IMG/VR virus record: IMGVR_UViG_3300015202_000010
Span: 1 to 57,733 of that record
DNA length: 57,733 nucleotides
DNA from: a virus
Taxonomy: Duplodnaviria; Caudoviricetes
Strand: one strand, 5' to 3'
The position numbers were made by a program, and so were the translations under genes. Below the pieces are notes generated by a model. The model was not told the DNA's origin, did not search any database, and saw only the letters and a list, made by a program, of their open reading frames with translations. Positions 45,362 to 55,029 of the stretch are shown piece after piece (position 1 is the stretch's first letter; each line of letters begins with the position of its first letter).

Positions 45362-45963
45362 TAGTAACGAAGATAACCACGCACGTTTTAGACGGACTCA
45401 ATCGCTTGCTCCAACAATATCAGGGCAAGCCGAGAATTGAGTCTTTCTACACGTCTCACCTTCAACAAATGCAGGAGTTGGAGGACGCAATTTACGCTCT
45501 CGACGAGGGCAGATTGCTTTGGAATGGAACTTCGTCTCCGGCGGTCGGGCTTCAGCTCGATACGATCGGTCAACTGGTAGGAATTCAAAGAAACGGCCTC
45601 TCGGACGCAGAATATTTGCTGTTTATTTTTGGAAAAATCTCTGAGAACTATTCGGACACCACGATACCCACAATTTTGAGCATTATCGGATACGTTTTTC
45701 AGGCTCCGATCGTTAAAATCCAAGAGATCTTCCCTGCGGGTGTCGCGATTCAGGTTTTCGGCACTCCGATCGACCCAAGTCTTTACCCGATAGCCGTAGG
45801 TCTAGTGCGAGCTGCGCTGGGAGCGGGTATCAAATTGATTTTTGCGGGTGCATCGCCGACAGTAAATGTATTCCGATTTTATGCAGCAGACACGACGTCC
45901 AAAAATGGCTTTGGCGACGTGAACGACCCAACCGTGGGCGGAGAGTTTATTGGTGTTTTATAA
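45358..45963 (+). CDS. Baseplate wedge protein (DUF2612/gpI-like)
   Basis: AVGLQLD.IG.LVG..R.GLSD.EY. Confidence 0.8.
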   Translation: MIVTKITTHVLDGLNRLLQQYQGKPRIESFYTSHLQQMQELEDAIYALDEGRLLWNGTSSPAVGLQLDTIGQLVGIQRNGLSDAEYLLFIFGKISENYSDTTIPTILSIIGYVFQAPIVKIQEIFPAGVAIQVFGTPIDPSLYPIAVGLVRAALGAGIKLIFAGASPTVNVFRFYAADTTSKNGFGDVNDPTVGGEFIGVL

Positions 45964-45989
45964 AAAACCTAGCGAGTGAGAGTTGAAAT

Positions 45990-48089
45990 ATGAACAGACC
46001 AGATAGTTACTTAAATTGGACCGATGGCAATTCGACGAAAGTAATCGACCCACCTTCGGGACTCAAATTTCAAGGTTGGTCTCCGGGACAAGCTCCACCC
46101 TCACAATATTTCAACTGGTTGCTATGGAAAACCGATCAATGGATTCAATATTTTGATGAGATCACAAATTCAGGTGTGCCCGAGCAAGCAATTCGACTCA
46201 TCAACGGCGGTTTTTTAGGATTCAACTCTCAATCGAATATTTTAAAGTGGAGTGATATTCTCAACATCGCAATTCCAGGCTCTCCAGACTCGGCGAACGC
46301 AATTGCGGCCGGAAATGTTACTCTCGCAGACGGTTATCTAGCTTACGTCGCCCTTGTTTTGCCGGTCATCGCTTCTGGTAACTTGGTAAACGGCTCCGAC
46401 ATGATTACGGCTCTGAATTATACCGGCAATCTCTCGATCGGAATGACAATTTTAGGAAACGGTATCCCTTCTGGCGCGACAATTCTCGCGGTCAGCACGA
46501 ATAGCGTTCAAATGTCGGCTCCGGCAACCGCAGACGTGAATAATAACGTCATGCTTTTCTCAACTGTAAACTCTCTGACGGTTCAAACCGCTCAAGCAAA
46601 TACTTTTATCCCTGACACCGATCATCTAGTCATCGCTCGACGAGTTGGCGGAAGAGTTTTCATCGGCATCAACGCGAACATCATGGTTTTGCAAAACGGA
46701 GAGTCGAAGAAACTTCTCGAGACAGGATATTTACAAACTTACGACGACGTAATCGCCGGGGAGAATATCAGTGCAGGACAAGCAGTCTACGTTTCTCCTG
46801 GAGGATCAGCCGATGGTGGCAGAACTGTTGGGCAAGCTTATCTTTTGGATTGTTCTGCTGGTAATGGTCAGAGAAGCTTCTTCGCAGGTATCGCGATCGA
46901 AACGACAACAGCGGGAAACGCACTCTCTTTAGTTTTTACAGGATTTGCTAATTTCACAAGCCTAACTCCTGGCGCGGTTTATTACGGAAGTGATACGGTC
47001 CTCGGAGGACTCACAACTCCAAAGCCGTCGTCTGTCGGCGCGAGTATCATGCCGGTTGGCGTGGCCGTCTCTGCGACAAAACTTTTGATGACCACAGCAG
47101 AGGGTGTCGTCGGTCCTCAGAATCAATCAATTTTTGAAGCCGAGAAAATCGGCGTCGGTAACGGAGTGACAACTTCGTTCCCTTTGACACAAACTCCTCT
47201 CAATCAGAACTCAACTTTTATCTTCGTTGACGGAATGCTTTTAAATCCGAGCGAGTGGTCTTTGAGCGGTTTAAATGTCGTGCTAAATACGCCTCCGGCT
47301 CCGGCCCAAGCTGTAGACGCACAATATATTCAGGCAAATCAACTCGACATCTCAGCAATGCAAGAAATCCCAACGAAAGTTGCTCCTTCGACTTACCAAT
47401 TGGCGGGAATGCCTCTCAATCAAAATTCGATGATGGTTTTTATCGACTCTTTGAGAGCTTCACCGAATGCATACAGTCTCGTTTTAGGATCGAACAGCGC
47501 GCAAATTGTTTTGAATACGGACTTAACTCCTGGACAAACAATCGAAGTTCTTTACTTCCAAAATATTGCCGGCAACGGCGGCTTCGGCACCGTGACTGCT
47601 GGATCGAATGAAGGCTCTGGACACGCTATTTTTGATACAATCGTTGCTGGTGTCATGAAGTTTTTCAGTTTAAAGGCTGGAGGCTCGACCAGTATCGCAA
47701 ACGACGGACATGGCAACTTAGTGATCTCTTCGACTGGAGGTTCAGGCGGTTCTTCCCGACAAGTGTATGGAGACCCGACCACACCAGAAACTTTCGATCC
47801 GACGTCTGGACTTGTCGCAGGTGCTGAGATGGATCAAACTTGGATCATCGAACCACCTGGCGGAGCAGTGCCTGTGACTGCCGCCGCCCAAATTCAGAAC
47901 GGCACGATTGTCGGTCAGAGATTAACATTGCGCGGACTGAGCCCGGTCAATTACTACGAATTTCAAGGGCTCGCAGGATCTGTTGTCGCCAATTTATCTT
48001 TAGACGGCAATTGTCAGGTGACCGACAACCAAGCGTTGACGGTTGAGTGGGACGGGACTCTTTGGTTTGAGGTTTGTAGACGTTCTTAA
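45990..48089 (+). CDS. Main tail fibre (baseplate-anchored, no signal peptide)
   Basis: N-terminal anchor GW.PGQAPP.QYFNWL...W.QY; mosaic beta domains. Confidence 0.8.
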   Translation: MNRPDSYLNWTDGNSTKVIDPPSGLKFQGWSPGQAPPSQYFNWLLWKTDQWIQYFDEITNSGVPEQAIRLINGGFLGFNSQSNILKWSDILNIAIPGSPDSANAIAAGNVTLADGYLAYVALVLPVIASGNLVNGSDMITALNYTGNLSIGMTILGNGIPSGATILAVSTNSVQMSAPATADVNNNVMLFSTVNSLTVQTAQANTFIPDTDHLVIARRVGGRVFIGINANIMVLQNGESKKLLETGYLQTYDDVIAGENISAGQAVYVSPGGSADGGRTVGQAYLLDCSAGNGQRSFFAGIAIETTTAGNALSLVFTGFANFTSLTPGAVYYGSDTVLGGLTTPKPSSVGASIMPVGVAVSATKLLMTTAEGVVGPQNQSIFEAEKIGVGNGVTTSFPLTQTPLNQNSTFIFVDGMLLNPSEWSLSGLNVVLNTPPAPAQAVDAQYIQANQLDISAMQEIPTKVAPSTYQLAGMPLNQNSMMVFIDSLRASPNAYSLVLGSNSAQIVLNTDLTPGQTIEVLYFQNIAGNGGFGTVTAGSNEGSGHAIFDTIVAGVMKFFSLKAGGSTSIANDGHGNLVISSTGGSGGSSRQVYGDPTTPETFDPTSGLVAGAEMDQTWIIEPPGGAVPVTAAAQIQNGTIVGQRLTLRGLSPVNYYEFQGLAGSVVANLSLDGNCQVTDNQALTVEWDGTLWFEVCRRS

Positions 48090-48110
48090 CAACAAAACGG
48101 AGTCCAAAAT

Positions 48111-48953
48111 ATGAAGGCAATTTTTTTAGTAATGTTCTTTATCGGTCTAACGGCAAACGCGGCTTCAAACCGCGTGATCTCAGCAGACCAAATCCAATCA
48201 TCAGACGCGACAAAGACTTACACTCTTCCGGCCGCAACTGATACTATCGTCGGTCGCGCAACTTCAGATACTTTGACGAATAAAACTCTCACAAGTCCTT
48301 CAATCACGACTCCAACTGGAATCGTTAAGGGTGACGTCGGTCTCGGAAACGTAGACAACACTTCTGATGCGACAAAAAACTCAGCGACAGCAACTCTCAC
48401 AAATAAATCAATTTCAGGCGCGACAAACACTCTCACTGCGATCCCAGCAGCAACCGCTCTTTCAGGGACTGTCCCTGTAGCGAATGGCGGTACGGGTTCT
48501 GCTTCTTTGACTTCAGGCTCAGTGGTTGTCGGTAACGGAGCTTCTGCGGTCAGCCTCGTTGCTCCGGGAACTTCTGGAAACGTGCTCACTTCAAACGGAA
48601 CCACATGGTCGAGCACTGCGCTCCCAGCGACGGTCCCAACTATTACTGGCTCTCAAGCGTCTCCAACTGCGATCACTGCGGCTGGCGGAGTTCCTTTTTC
48701 TGGATCAAATTATAGCAATTCAATCTACGTTTCGACTGCTTCTGGAAACGTGACCGTGACTGCGACTCCCCAAGTCGTTGCAGGTACTTTGGTGGGTCAG
48801 GTTTTGAGCATTATTGGAACCAGCGCATCGAATACAGTTACCCTTGCGGATGGCAGTGGTTTGAGCTTAAATGGACCTATCACCATTGGAAACAACAGCG
48901 CTATTATTTTACAGTGGAACGGGGCTTCGTGGTACGAGATTTCACGCCGATAA
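48111..48953 (+). CDS. Fibre-like protein A with Sec signal peptide
   Basis: MKAIFLVMFFIGLTANA|AS; TLTNKT repeats, GLGNVDNTSD, VANGGTG fibre motifs. Confidence 0.75.
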   Translation: MKAIFLVMFFIGLTANAASNRVISADQIQSSDATKTYTLPAATDTIVGRATSDTLTNKTLTSPSITTPTGIVKGDVGLGNVDNTSDATKNSATATLTNKSISGATNTLTAIPAATALSGTVPVANGGTGSASLTSGSVVVGNGASAVSLVAPGTSGNVLTSNGTTWSSTALPATVPTITGSQASPTAITAAGGVPFSGSNYSNSIYVSTASGNVTVTATPQVVAGTLVGQVLSIIGTSASNTVTLADGSGLSLNGPITIGNNSAIILQWNGASWYEISRR

Positions 48954-49330
48954 TTTCAAGAAGAGACAAATTTTTGTCTTTGTTTAAGCAGGCTGATCCC
49001 GCAGATTGTTGGGATTGGCTTGGACATATTGATGCTTACGGATATGGAGTTCTCAGTATTTTTGGTAAAAAATATAAAGCTCATAGAATTTCTTATTTTT
49101 TTAAAAACAACTCTTTAGATGAGAATCTTTTAGTTTGTCACTCTTGCGACAATAGAAAATGCGTAAATCCAAATCACTTGTGGCTTGGAACTAATAAGCA
49201 AAATTCTAAAGATTGCGTCGAGAAGGGTAGACATAAAAGTTGGTTCTCGAGTGATAAGTATAAGTTACTTTTAGTAACTAAACGTCATGCGCTTTCAAGA
49301 TCAAGAGACGCTGGTGGAAAATTTGTTTAA
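48914..49330 (+). CDS. HNH homing endonuclease
   Basis: CWDW.G....GYG...KAHR...VCHSCDNRKCVNPNHL..GT...N..D; start uncertain. Confidence 0.88.
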   Translation: MERGFVVRDFTPIISRRDKFLSLFKQADPADCWDWLGHIDAYGYGVLSIFGKKYKAHRISYFFKNNSLDENLLVCHSCDNRKCVNPNHLWLGTNKQNSKDCVEKGRHKSWFSSDKYKLLLVTKRHALSRSRDAGGKFV

Positions 49331-49940
49331 ATTATTATTTATTCTTTTATTTTCAAGCCATGCCTTCTCATCGACACTTAGAACGGTAGCTGCCGATTCT
49401 CTCACGTCGTCTGATTTAACGAAAACATACGCGCTCCCAGCGGCTTCAGACACAATTGTCGGCAGATCCAGCACAGACATTCTCACAAATAAATCAATCG
49501 ACGCGACAACGAACATCATTTCGAACCTCACAAACTCAAACCTCACTTCTTCAGCCGCAATTTCTTTATCAAAGCTCGCTCCTCTAACGAATGGAAGTCG
49601 AGCACTTTCATCTTCTGCCGGCGGTCTCATTCAAGAGTCTGCAACGACATCGACAGAGCTTGGATATTTGAGCGGCGTCACGAGTTCGATTCAAACTCAA
49701 ATAAATGCAAAATTTTCGGGAACCTTCACCCAGGAGATTCCCACGGGCGCTTGCAACGGGACAAATACGACAGTCACTTTGTCGTTCACTCCTTCGTCTG
49801 CGAATGCGGTTTCTTTATATTTAGACGGTTTCATGCTTACTCAGGGAACTGGACTTGAATACACGATCTCGGGAGCGACAATAACTCTCGCGAGCGCGTG
49901 TGGTACCGGTCAAATTTTGTATGCGAATTATACACACTAA
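49323..49940 (+). CDS. Fibre-like protein B with Sec signal peptide (paralog of A)
   Basis: TTG start 49323 after GGTGGA RBS; MFKLLFILLFSSHAFS|ST; N-terminus aligns with A. Confidence 0.75.
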   Translation: MFKLLFILLFSSHAFSSTLRTVAADSLTSSDLTKTYALPAASDTIVGRSSTDILTNKSIDATTNIISNLTNSNLTSSAAISLSKLAPLTNGSRALSSSAGGLIQESATTSTELGYLSGVTSSIQTQINAKFSGTFTQEIPTGACNGTNTTVTLSFTPSSANAVSLYLDGFMLTQGTGLEYTISGATITLASACGTGQILYANYTH

Positions 49941-49952
49941 CGAGGTGGACAA

Positions 49953-52322
49953 ATGAATCGAACGATCAGCTTTTTACTCAGCTTCTTAATTGCGTTTCAG
50001 ACGAATTTCGCTCTCGCAAAGGGCAAAATTCAGAATGAAGATGTAAAATCTCTCGCTGAAATTCAAGCGGCGGTCACGACAACAGGAACTCTGACAAGCG
50101 GATCAGCTTGCGTCAGCTCTGTTGGATCTTTAACCGGACTCTCTGCCGGACTCTTCGTTTACGACACGACAGTTTCAACGGCGATTGCGGCCGGAACTAC
50201 GATCACGGCCATTCCGGGAACTTGTTCTGCCGGTCAAATTCAACTTTCTGCGAACGCGGTCGCATCTGGTTCTGCTCAAACTCTCACTTTCGGTGGTCAA
50301 GCTTCACAACTTATAAATGATTCGAAAATTTGGTTGGCGGCTCTCACGCCTTCACAGACTTTGTCTAGCGCGATCACAACGGGCTCTCTCGGCGGTGGTT
50401 CTGGCGGATCAAAAAACTACTTAACAAGCTACAAAGGAAATACCGGAAACGGAAATTTCGAATTCGGCAACACGACTGGATTTACTTTAGGTCACGTTGC
50501 TTTGACTAATAATTTCCCTAGCGGTACACCGACTTTCGGTTCTGGCGCTTCAGGTTCTCTTTCTTTATCGGTAACTTCTTCAAGTCCAATCGCTGGAACG
50601 TATTCAGGAATGTATATCTCAAGTGCCGCGACAGCGGCTGGAGATTTCGTCGCTTCGAATGCATACAATATTGATCTCGCAGATCAAGCAAAAGTCAGCA
50701 CATTCAAATTCTCTTATTCAATTCCATCAGGATTAACGAACGTCAATCTCTCAGGCACAAGCGCGAACTCGTATGGCGTCGCAATCTATGACGTAACGAA
50801 CGCTGTTTTTATTCAACCAGCAGGAACATTCAATCTAGTTCAGGGAACCGGAATCGGAACTGCGGTTGGAACTTTTCAAACAAGTTCAAATGGAACTGCA
50901 TACAGAATCGTCGTCTATAATGCGAATGCGACTGCGGGCGCTGCGACTCTTTCGTTGGATGATATTTCTGTTGGTCCACAATCTTTTAATCAAACTCAAA
51001 TCGGAGTTGTTGGTCAAATTATCGCGACTGGATCGGTAACTCCTCCGGTCGGATATTTATACGCGAATGGATCTGCTGTTTCTAGATCTCAATATGCGGA
51101 TTTATTTTCGGTAATCGGAACAACTTACGGTGTTGGTGACGGATCTACCACATTCAATTTACCTAATTTACAAGGTGTTTTCGCTCGCGGTGCTGGTACT
51201 CAGACTGTCGGCGGCATCACACAAGCTGCAACTTTAGGTGCGACTCAAGGCGATCAACTACAAGGTCACTATCATACAGGTGGTTCGATTTATAAATATC
51301 TCGGGTCGGGCGGTACTTTTAGCGTCTCAACTATAGGCGGCGCAAACGACACCAACACCTCGGTTGGTGCGCCTATAAGTGATGGCACTAACGGAACTCC
51401 GAGAACTGGTACTGAAACTCATCCAGCCAACGTCGCCGTTGCATATCACATTTGTTATTTGAAAACTGCGCAAGCAAGTTCAGACACCGACACTCGCGTC
51501 GTTGCAATTAGCGTAAATGGTTCGGCGACATTCAACGGTTCTTCTAGTGCAATTCAATATCCGATTTCTGCAACGGTCGATACTCATTCTGCTGTTGCCT
51601 CGAATCAAATCATCGTTCCTGTAAGCGGTTATTATGCGATCACAGGCACTCAATCGAACAACGTCTCTGGTGGTCAAAATAATTTCAACGTCAGTCGAAA
51701 TGGTTCTTCGATCATGGGTTGGCAGCTTAATAATAACTCTGGAAACGGAAACAGATATACGACCAGTGACGTGATTAAGTTCAATGCTGGAGATGTGATC
51801 TTATTCACAGGATGGCAAAACTCTGGTTCATCAGCAGGACAGCAAATGTCTTTCGCTATGAATAAATTATCTGGCCCATCGACGCTTTTAGCGAGCGACT
51901 CTGTTATTGAAAAATGGAATACGTCCGTAACCTCAGTTGTTGCTTCAGGTGTTGGCGTGGTTCTTTACACTAATAAAATTAAATCAACTCACGGCGCTTA
52001 TAATTCGTCCACAGGACTTTTTACAGCTCCGATTTCAGGCACCTATTTAATTGCAGGAACATTTACTGGAAATACTGTTTCTGGTTCAAATGGATTAAAT
52101 TATCTCTATTTGGAGAAAAATGCGGGACTAGATACTTTGATAGGATCATGCACGAGTAATACGATTACAACGACGTTAGCTTGTTCTGGATCAACTCTGG
52201 TTTCTCTAAATCAAGGAGAAACAGCTTCGATTGCTTTTTATGATAACTCAGCTCAAACAATTAGTGCATCAGGAACCGGATCTAACACGAATTCTATTTC
52301 AATTGTTCGCGTAGGAAATTAG
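49953..52322 (+). CDS. Fibre-like protein C with signal peptide, tail-collar domain and C1q-like domains
   Basis: MNRTISFLLSFLIAFQTNFALA|K; collar motif GSAVSRSQYADLFSVIGTTYG.GDGSTTFNLPNL.G.F.RG; QGHYH; FTAPISGTY. Confidence 0.8.
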   Translation: MNRTISFLLSFLIAFQTNFALAKGKIQNEDVKSLAEIQAAVTTTGTLTSGSACVSSVGSLTGLSAGLFVYDTTVSTAIAAGTTITAIPGTCSAGQIQLSANAVASGSAQTLTFGGQASQLINDSKIWLAALTPSQTLSSAITTGSLGGGSGGSKNYLTSYKGNTGNGNFEFGNTTGFTLGHVALTNNFPSGTPTFGSGASGSLSLSVTSSSPIAGTYSGMYISSAATAAGDFVASNAYNIDLADQAKVSTFKFSYSIPSGLTNVNLSGTSANSYGVAIYDVTNAVFIQPAGTFNLVQGTGIGTAVGTFQTSSNGTAYRIVVYNANATAGAATLSLDDISVGPQSFNQTQIGVVGQIIATGSVTPPVGYLYANGSAVSRSQYADLFSVIGTTYGVGDGSTTFNLPNLQGVFARGAGTQTVGGITQAATLGATQGDQLQGHYHTGGSIYKYLGSGGTFSVSTIGGANDTNTSVGAPISDGTNGTPRTGTETHPANVAVAYHICYLKTAQASSDTDTRVVAISVNGSATFNGSSSAIQYPISATVDTHSAVASNQIIVPVSGYYAITGTQSNNVSGGQNNFNVSRNGSSIMGWQLNNNSGNGNRYTTSDVIKFNAGDVILFTGWQNSGSSAGQQMSFAMNKLSGPSTLLASDSVIEKWNTSVTSVVASGVGVVLYTNKIKSTHGAYNSSTGLFTAPISGTYLIAGTFTGNTVSGSNGLNYLYLEKNAGLDTLIGSCTSNTITTTLACSGSTLVSLNQGETASIAFYDNSAQTISASGTGSNTNSISIVRVGN

Positions 52323-52342
52323 TTTTAACAAAATGAGGCTCG

Positions 52343-53746
52343 ATGAAAAAAAACATATTATATTTTATAATATATATATTGTGTTTCTCGAGCTTTCTTC
52401 GAGCTGACACTCCACCGCCGCAAAATATCTCGGTTAAAGCCGACAATATTACTTCTGTTGGCGGAATCACAATCACTCTCGGTCAAAAAACATCCGCTCT
52501 TTCATGGCCCGTCGTACTTCCAAGCGATCAATTGTGGGCCACATCTACTTTGCAAACGACTGCGAATAATTCTCTCACCTCGATAGCAACAAATACTTTG
52601 AACACGTCAAATTATTTAAGTGGTATTAGTGTCATTTCAACGGCAGCGCTTCAAACTACAGAAAACGGAATTCTTACTCAGATCGCGAACAATACGGCGT
52701 CTGCCTTAACTGACGTTACAAATAGCGGAAACATAACTTCGGCCTGCACCGTCGCTTCTTCATGCGCAGCGAGTTCTTTTGTAAATGTTGCTTCGCAAGG
52801 TCAATACACAGTCGGAATTTCAGTTACTGGAACTTTCGTTGCTGCATATTTGGTTGAAGGTCAAAATGCAGACAGCACATGGACTACGTTACCAATGTTT
52901 ATAACTCAGGCGGGTGTGGTACCATATCCTGTTTCGAATGCCCTCGCCGGTGCCGCTCAAGTAATTGTTATCGGTGGTGCGTATCAAAATATTAGAGTGC
53001 GATGTTATTCTTATACTTCAGGAACAATTTCGACGGCAATAGATGCCTCGATCGCTCAACAAGCAGTTCTATCTGCTCAACTTGGGCCTTGGTATATGCA
53101 AGGCAACGTCGCTTCTGGCACGACTGATTCTGGCAACGGAATAAAGGTTGCGGGAGTTGCTCAAGCTCAATATGCACTTCCTTCTTTTACAACTGGTCAG
53201 CGATCAGATCATCCGACAGATTTAAAAGGCAGACAATATGCAGCTCCAGATTCTGGTAAAGCAACATATTCTGCCGCCTTCACGGGAGCGACTTCAGGCA
53301 TTGCTGCGACTGATGTTTTTACTATTTTCGGTTCAGCTTCTAAAAAAGTTGTCATCACTAGAATCGGTTTCTCTGGAACCATAACGACTGCCGCCTATAT
53401 TTCTACGATCGTAAATAAAAAGACAGCGGTTAACGTCGGAGGCATCAGCTCTGCTGTCGCAATAACTCCTCATGATTCAACATCAGCGACCGCAACGGCA
53501 ACCGTACTTTCCTACACCGTAAACCCGACGACGATTGGTGCAGCTTCAGCGTTGAGATCAATAAAATGGTTTATTCCAGCTACTGGTACCGGACAAATTC
53601 AAAATGAACCTGAGTTTCAATTCAACACTTCAGGCGATAAGGGCATTGTTCTTAATTCAGCAACCGAAGGTGTCTCTATAAATATGAACGGCTCATCATT
53701 GACTGGAAACAGTATGAGTTATTTTGTAGAATGGACTGAGGAATAA
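52343..53746 (+). CDS. Fibre/appendage-like protein D with signal peptide
   Basis: MKKNILYFIIYILCFSSFLRA|DT; Ser/Thr/Ala/Gly-rich beta domains. Confidence 0.7.
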   Translation: MKKNILYFIIYILCFSSFLRADTPPPQNISVKADNITSVGGITITLGQKTSALSWPVVLPSDQLWATSTLQTTANNSLTSIATNTLNTSNYLSGISVISTAALQTTENGILTQIANNTASALTDVTNSGNITSACTVASSCAASSFVNVASQGQYTVGISVTGTFVAAYLVEGQNADSTWTTLPMFITQAGVVPYPVSNALAGAAQVIVIGGAYQNIRVRCYSYTSGTISTAIDASIAQQAVLSAQLGPWYMQGNVASGTTDSGNGIKVAGVAQAQYALPSFTTGQRSDHPTDLKGRQYAAPDSGKATYSAAFTGATSGIAATDVFTIFGSASKKVVITRIGFSGTITTAAYISTIVNKKTAVNVGGISSAVAITPHDSTSATATATVLSYTVNPTTIGAASALRSIKWFIPATGTGQIQNEPEFQFNTSGDKGIVLNSATEGVSINMNGSSLTGNSMSYFVEWTEE

Positions 53747-54172
53747 ATGCTTCAATCGACTTTCAATCCACAACGCGACACTGAGTACGACAAAACAAAG
53801 CTCGCTCTCGATGCAATGGGTGCGATGGGAGTTTGCGCGCCTGGAGTTTCAACTAATATTGATCTTCCGCTACCTGATGATGTCTTGATCGACGGAATAT
53901 CTTATAACGTGGTCGGCGGAGTTTTCGGTGACTATATAAATCTTCAAGTGATTGACCTTAATGGGACTTACACTGGCGCTCCAGGGACAGTTTTAAATCA
54001 ATTCGCAACAAAATGGTATGTGGCTCAAAATCAATCATCAGCGACTCAAATAAAATCAAAATATCCAGCTAAAATCTTAGGGGGCATGGCCCTTCGATTA
54101 ATTTACAACTCTGTCGGAGACACTCCAGCAAATGTTGCTGTAAATTACGAACTTCATAAAGTTCTAATATGA
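53747..54172 (+). CDS. Hypothetical virion-associated beta protein
   Basis: GAGG RBS; late operon. Confidence 0.65.
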   Translation: MLQSTFNPQRDTEYDKTKLALDAMGAMGVCAPGVSTNIDLPLPDDVLIDGISYNVVGGVFGDYINLQVIDLNGTYTGAPGTVLNQFATKWYVAQNQSSATQIKSKYPAKILGGMALRLIYNSVGDTPANVAVNYELHKVLI

Positions 54173-54690
54173 AATTACTATGGACAAAATCTCCTAACGC
54201 TGTTGACTGGTTAATAAATTTAGTAACGGCAGAAGATTGCGGTCATTTTGCAATTCTTTTTGAATCAGTGAACGGAACAGGCGTTGTTTTTGAATCAAAT
54301 TTACTTGGAACTCACCCCGCTTTTTATAAAACATGGATGGGTACCAGTAGAAAAATAATTCACTCAATAGATGTCGTCCTGACAGCAGAGCAAGAAGATA
54401 AAATATGGGACTTGTGGGTTAATAATTTCGATGGTCACGGGTACGATTTTTTTGGGTGTATTTATGTCGGACTAATGAAGCTTCGAAAGCGTATTTTCAA
54501 AAAAGAGATTCCAACAAAAAATATTTGGTCAAAGAATGGTGCATTTTTTTGCGATGTTATTTACCAGGTCCTAGACGGTATTCAATGGTTGCCAGATATG
54601 AAAGATCAAATTAACGAAATGAGTTCTCCTCACGACCTCTTTTTATTCGTCAGTCAAAATATTCACCTGATAGTGGCGGGAGCAATCTGA
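54169..54690 (+). CDS. Permuted papain-like NlpC/P60 (YiiX/YebB-like) enzyme
   Basis: His (GHFAI) and Glu (FES) precede G.GYD and Cys (FFCD). Confidence 0.65.
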   Translation: MKLLWTKSPNAVDWLINLVTAEDCGHFAILFESVNGTGVVFESNLLGTHPAFYKTWMGTSRKIIHSIDVVLTAEQEDKIWDLWVNNFDGHGYDFFGCIYVGLMKLRKRIFKKEIPTKNIWSKNGAFFCDVIYQVLDGIQWLPDMKDQINEMSSPHDLFLFVSQNIHLIVAGAI

Positions 54691-55016
54691 TGGCGATGAT
54701 AGTACCTTCAAATAAATCAATTTGTTTTGAATACTCTGTTTACTCTGGTGATTCGGCTCGTCCAGTCGCAATGAAAATTTACGACCTGAGTACCGGAACT
54801 GCTGTGCTCGTGACGACGTTAGCCATGACTCACGTTTTCAACGGCTCATATTGGGCCGCTTACGTTTTCCCCAATAGTGGAGCGAATAAGAATTATCTCA
54901 TTCAAAAGTCCGTTTTCACCGACAATACCTTTGCGACTATCGACGGAACTTATTCTCCTGGGAGTGAGATTGTTGAGGTCAACGGATTCGATAACAACCA
55001 AGGCAGAAGTGCCTAG
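54690..55016 (+). CDS. Hypothetical Ig-like structural protein
   Basis: Beta-rich; coupled. Confidence 0.6.
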   Translation: MAMIVPSNKSICFEYSVYSGDSARPVAMKIYDLSTGTAVLVTTLAMTHVFNGSYWAAYVFPNSGANKNYLIQKSVFTDNTFATIDGTYSPGSEIVEVNGFDNNQGRSA

Positions 55017-55029
55017 AAGGATTTAACAA

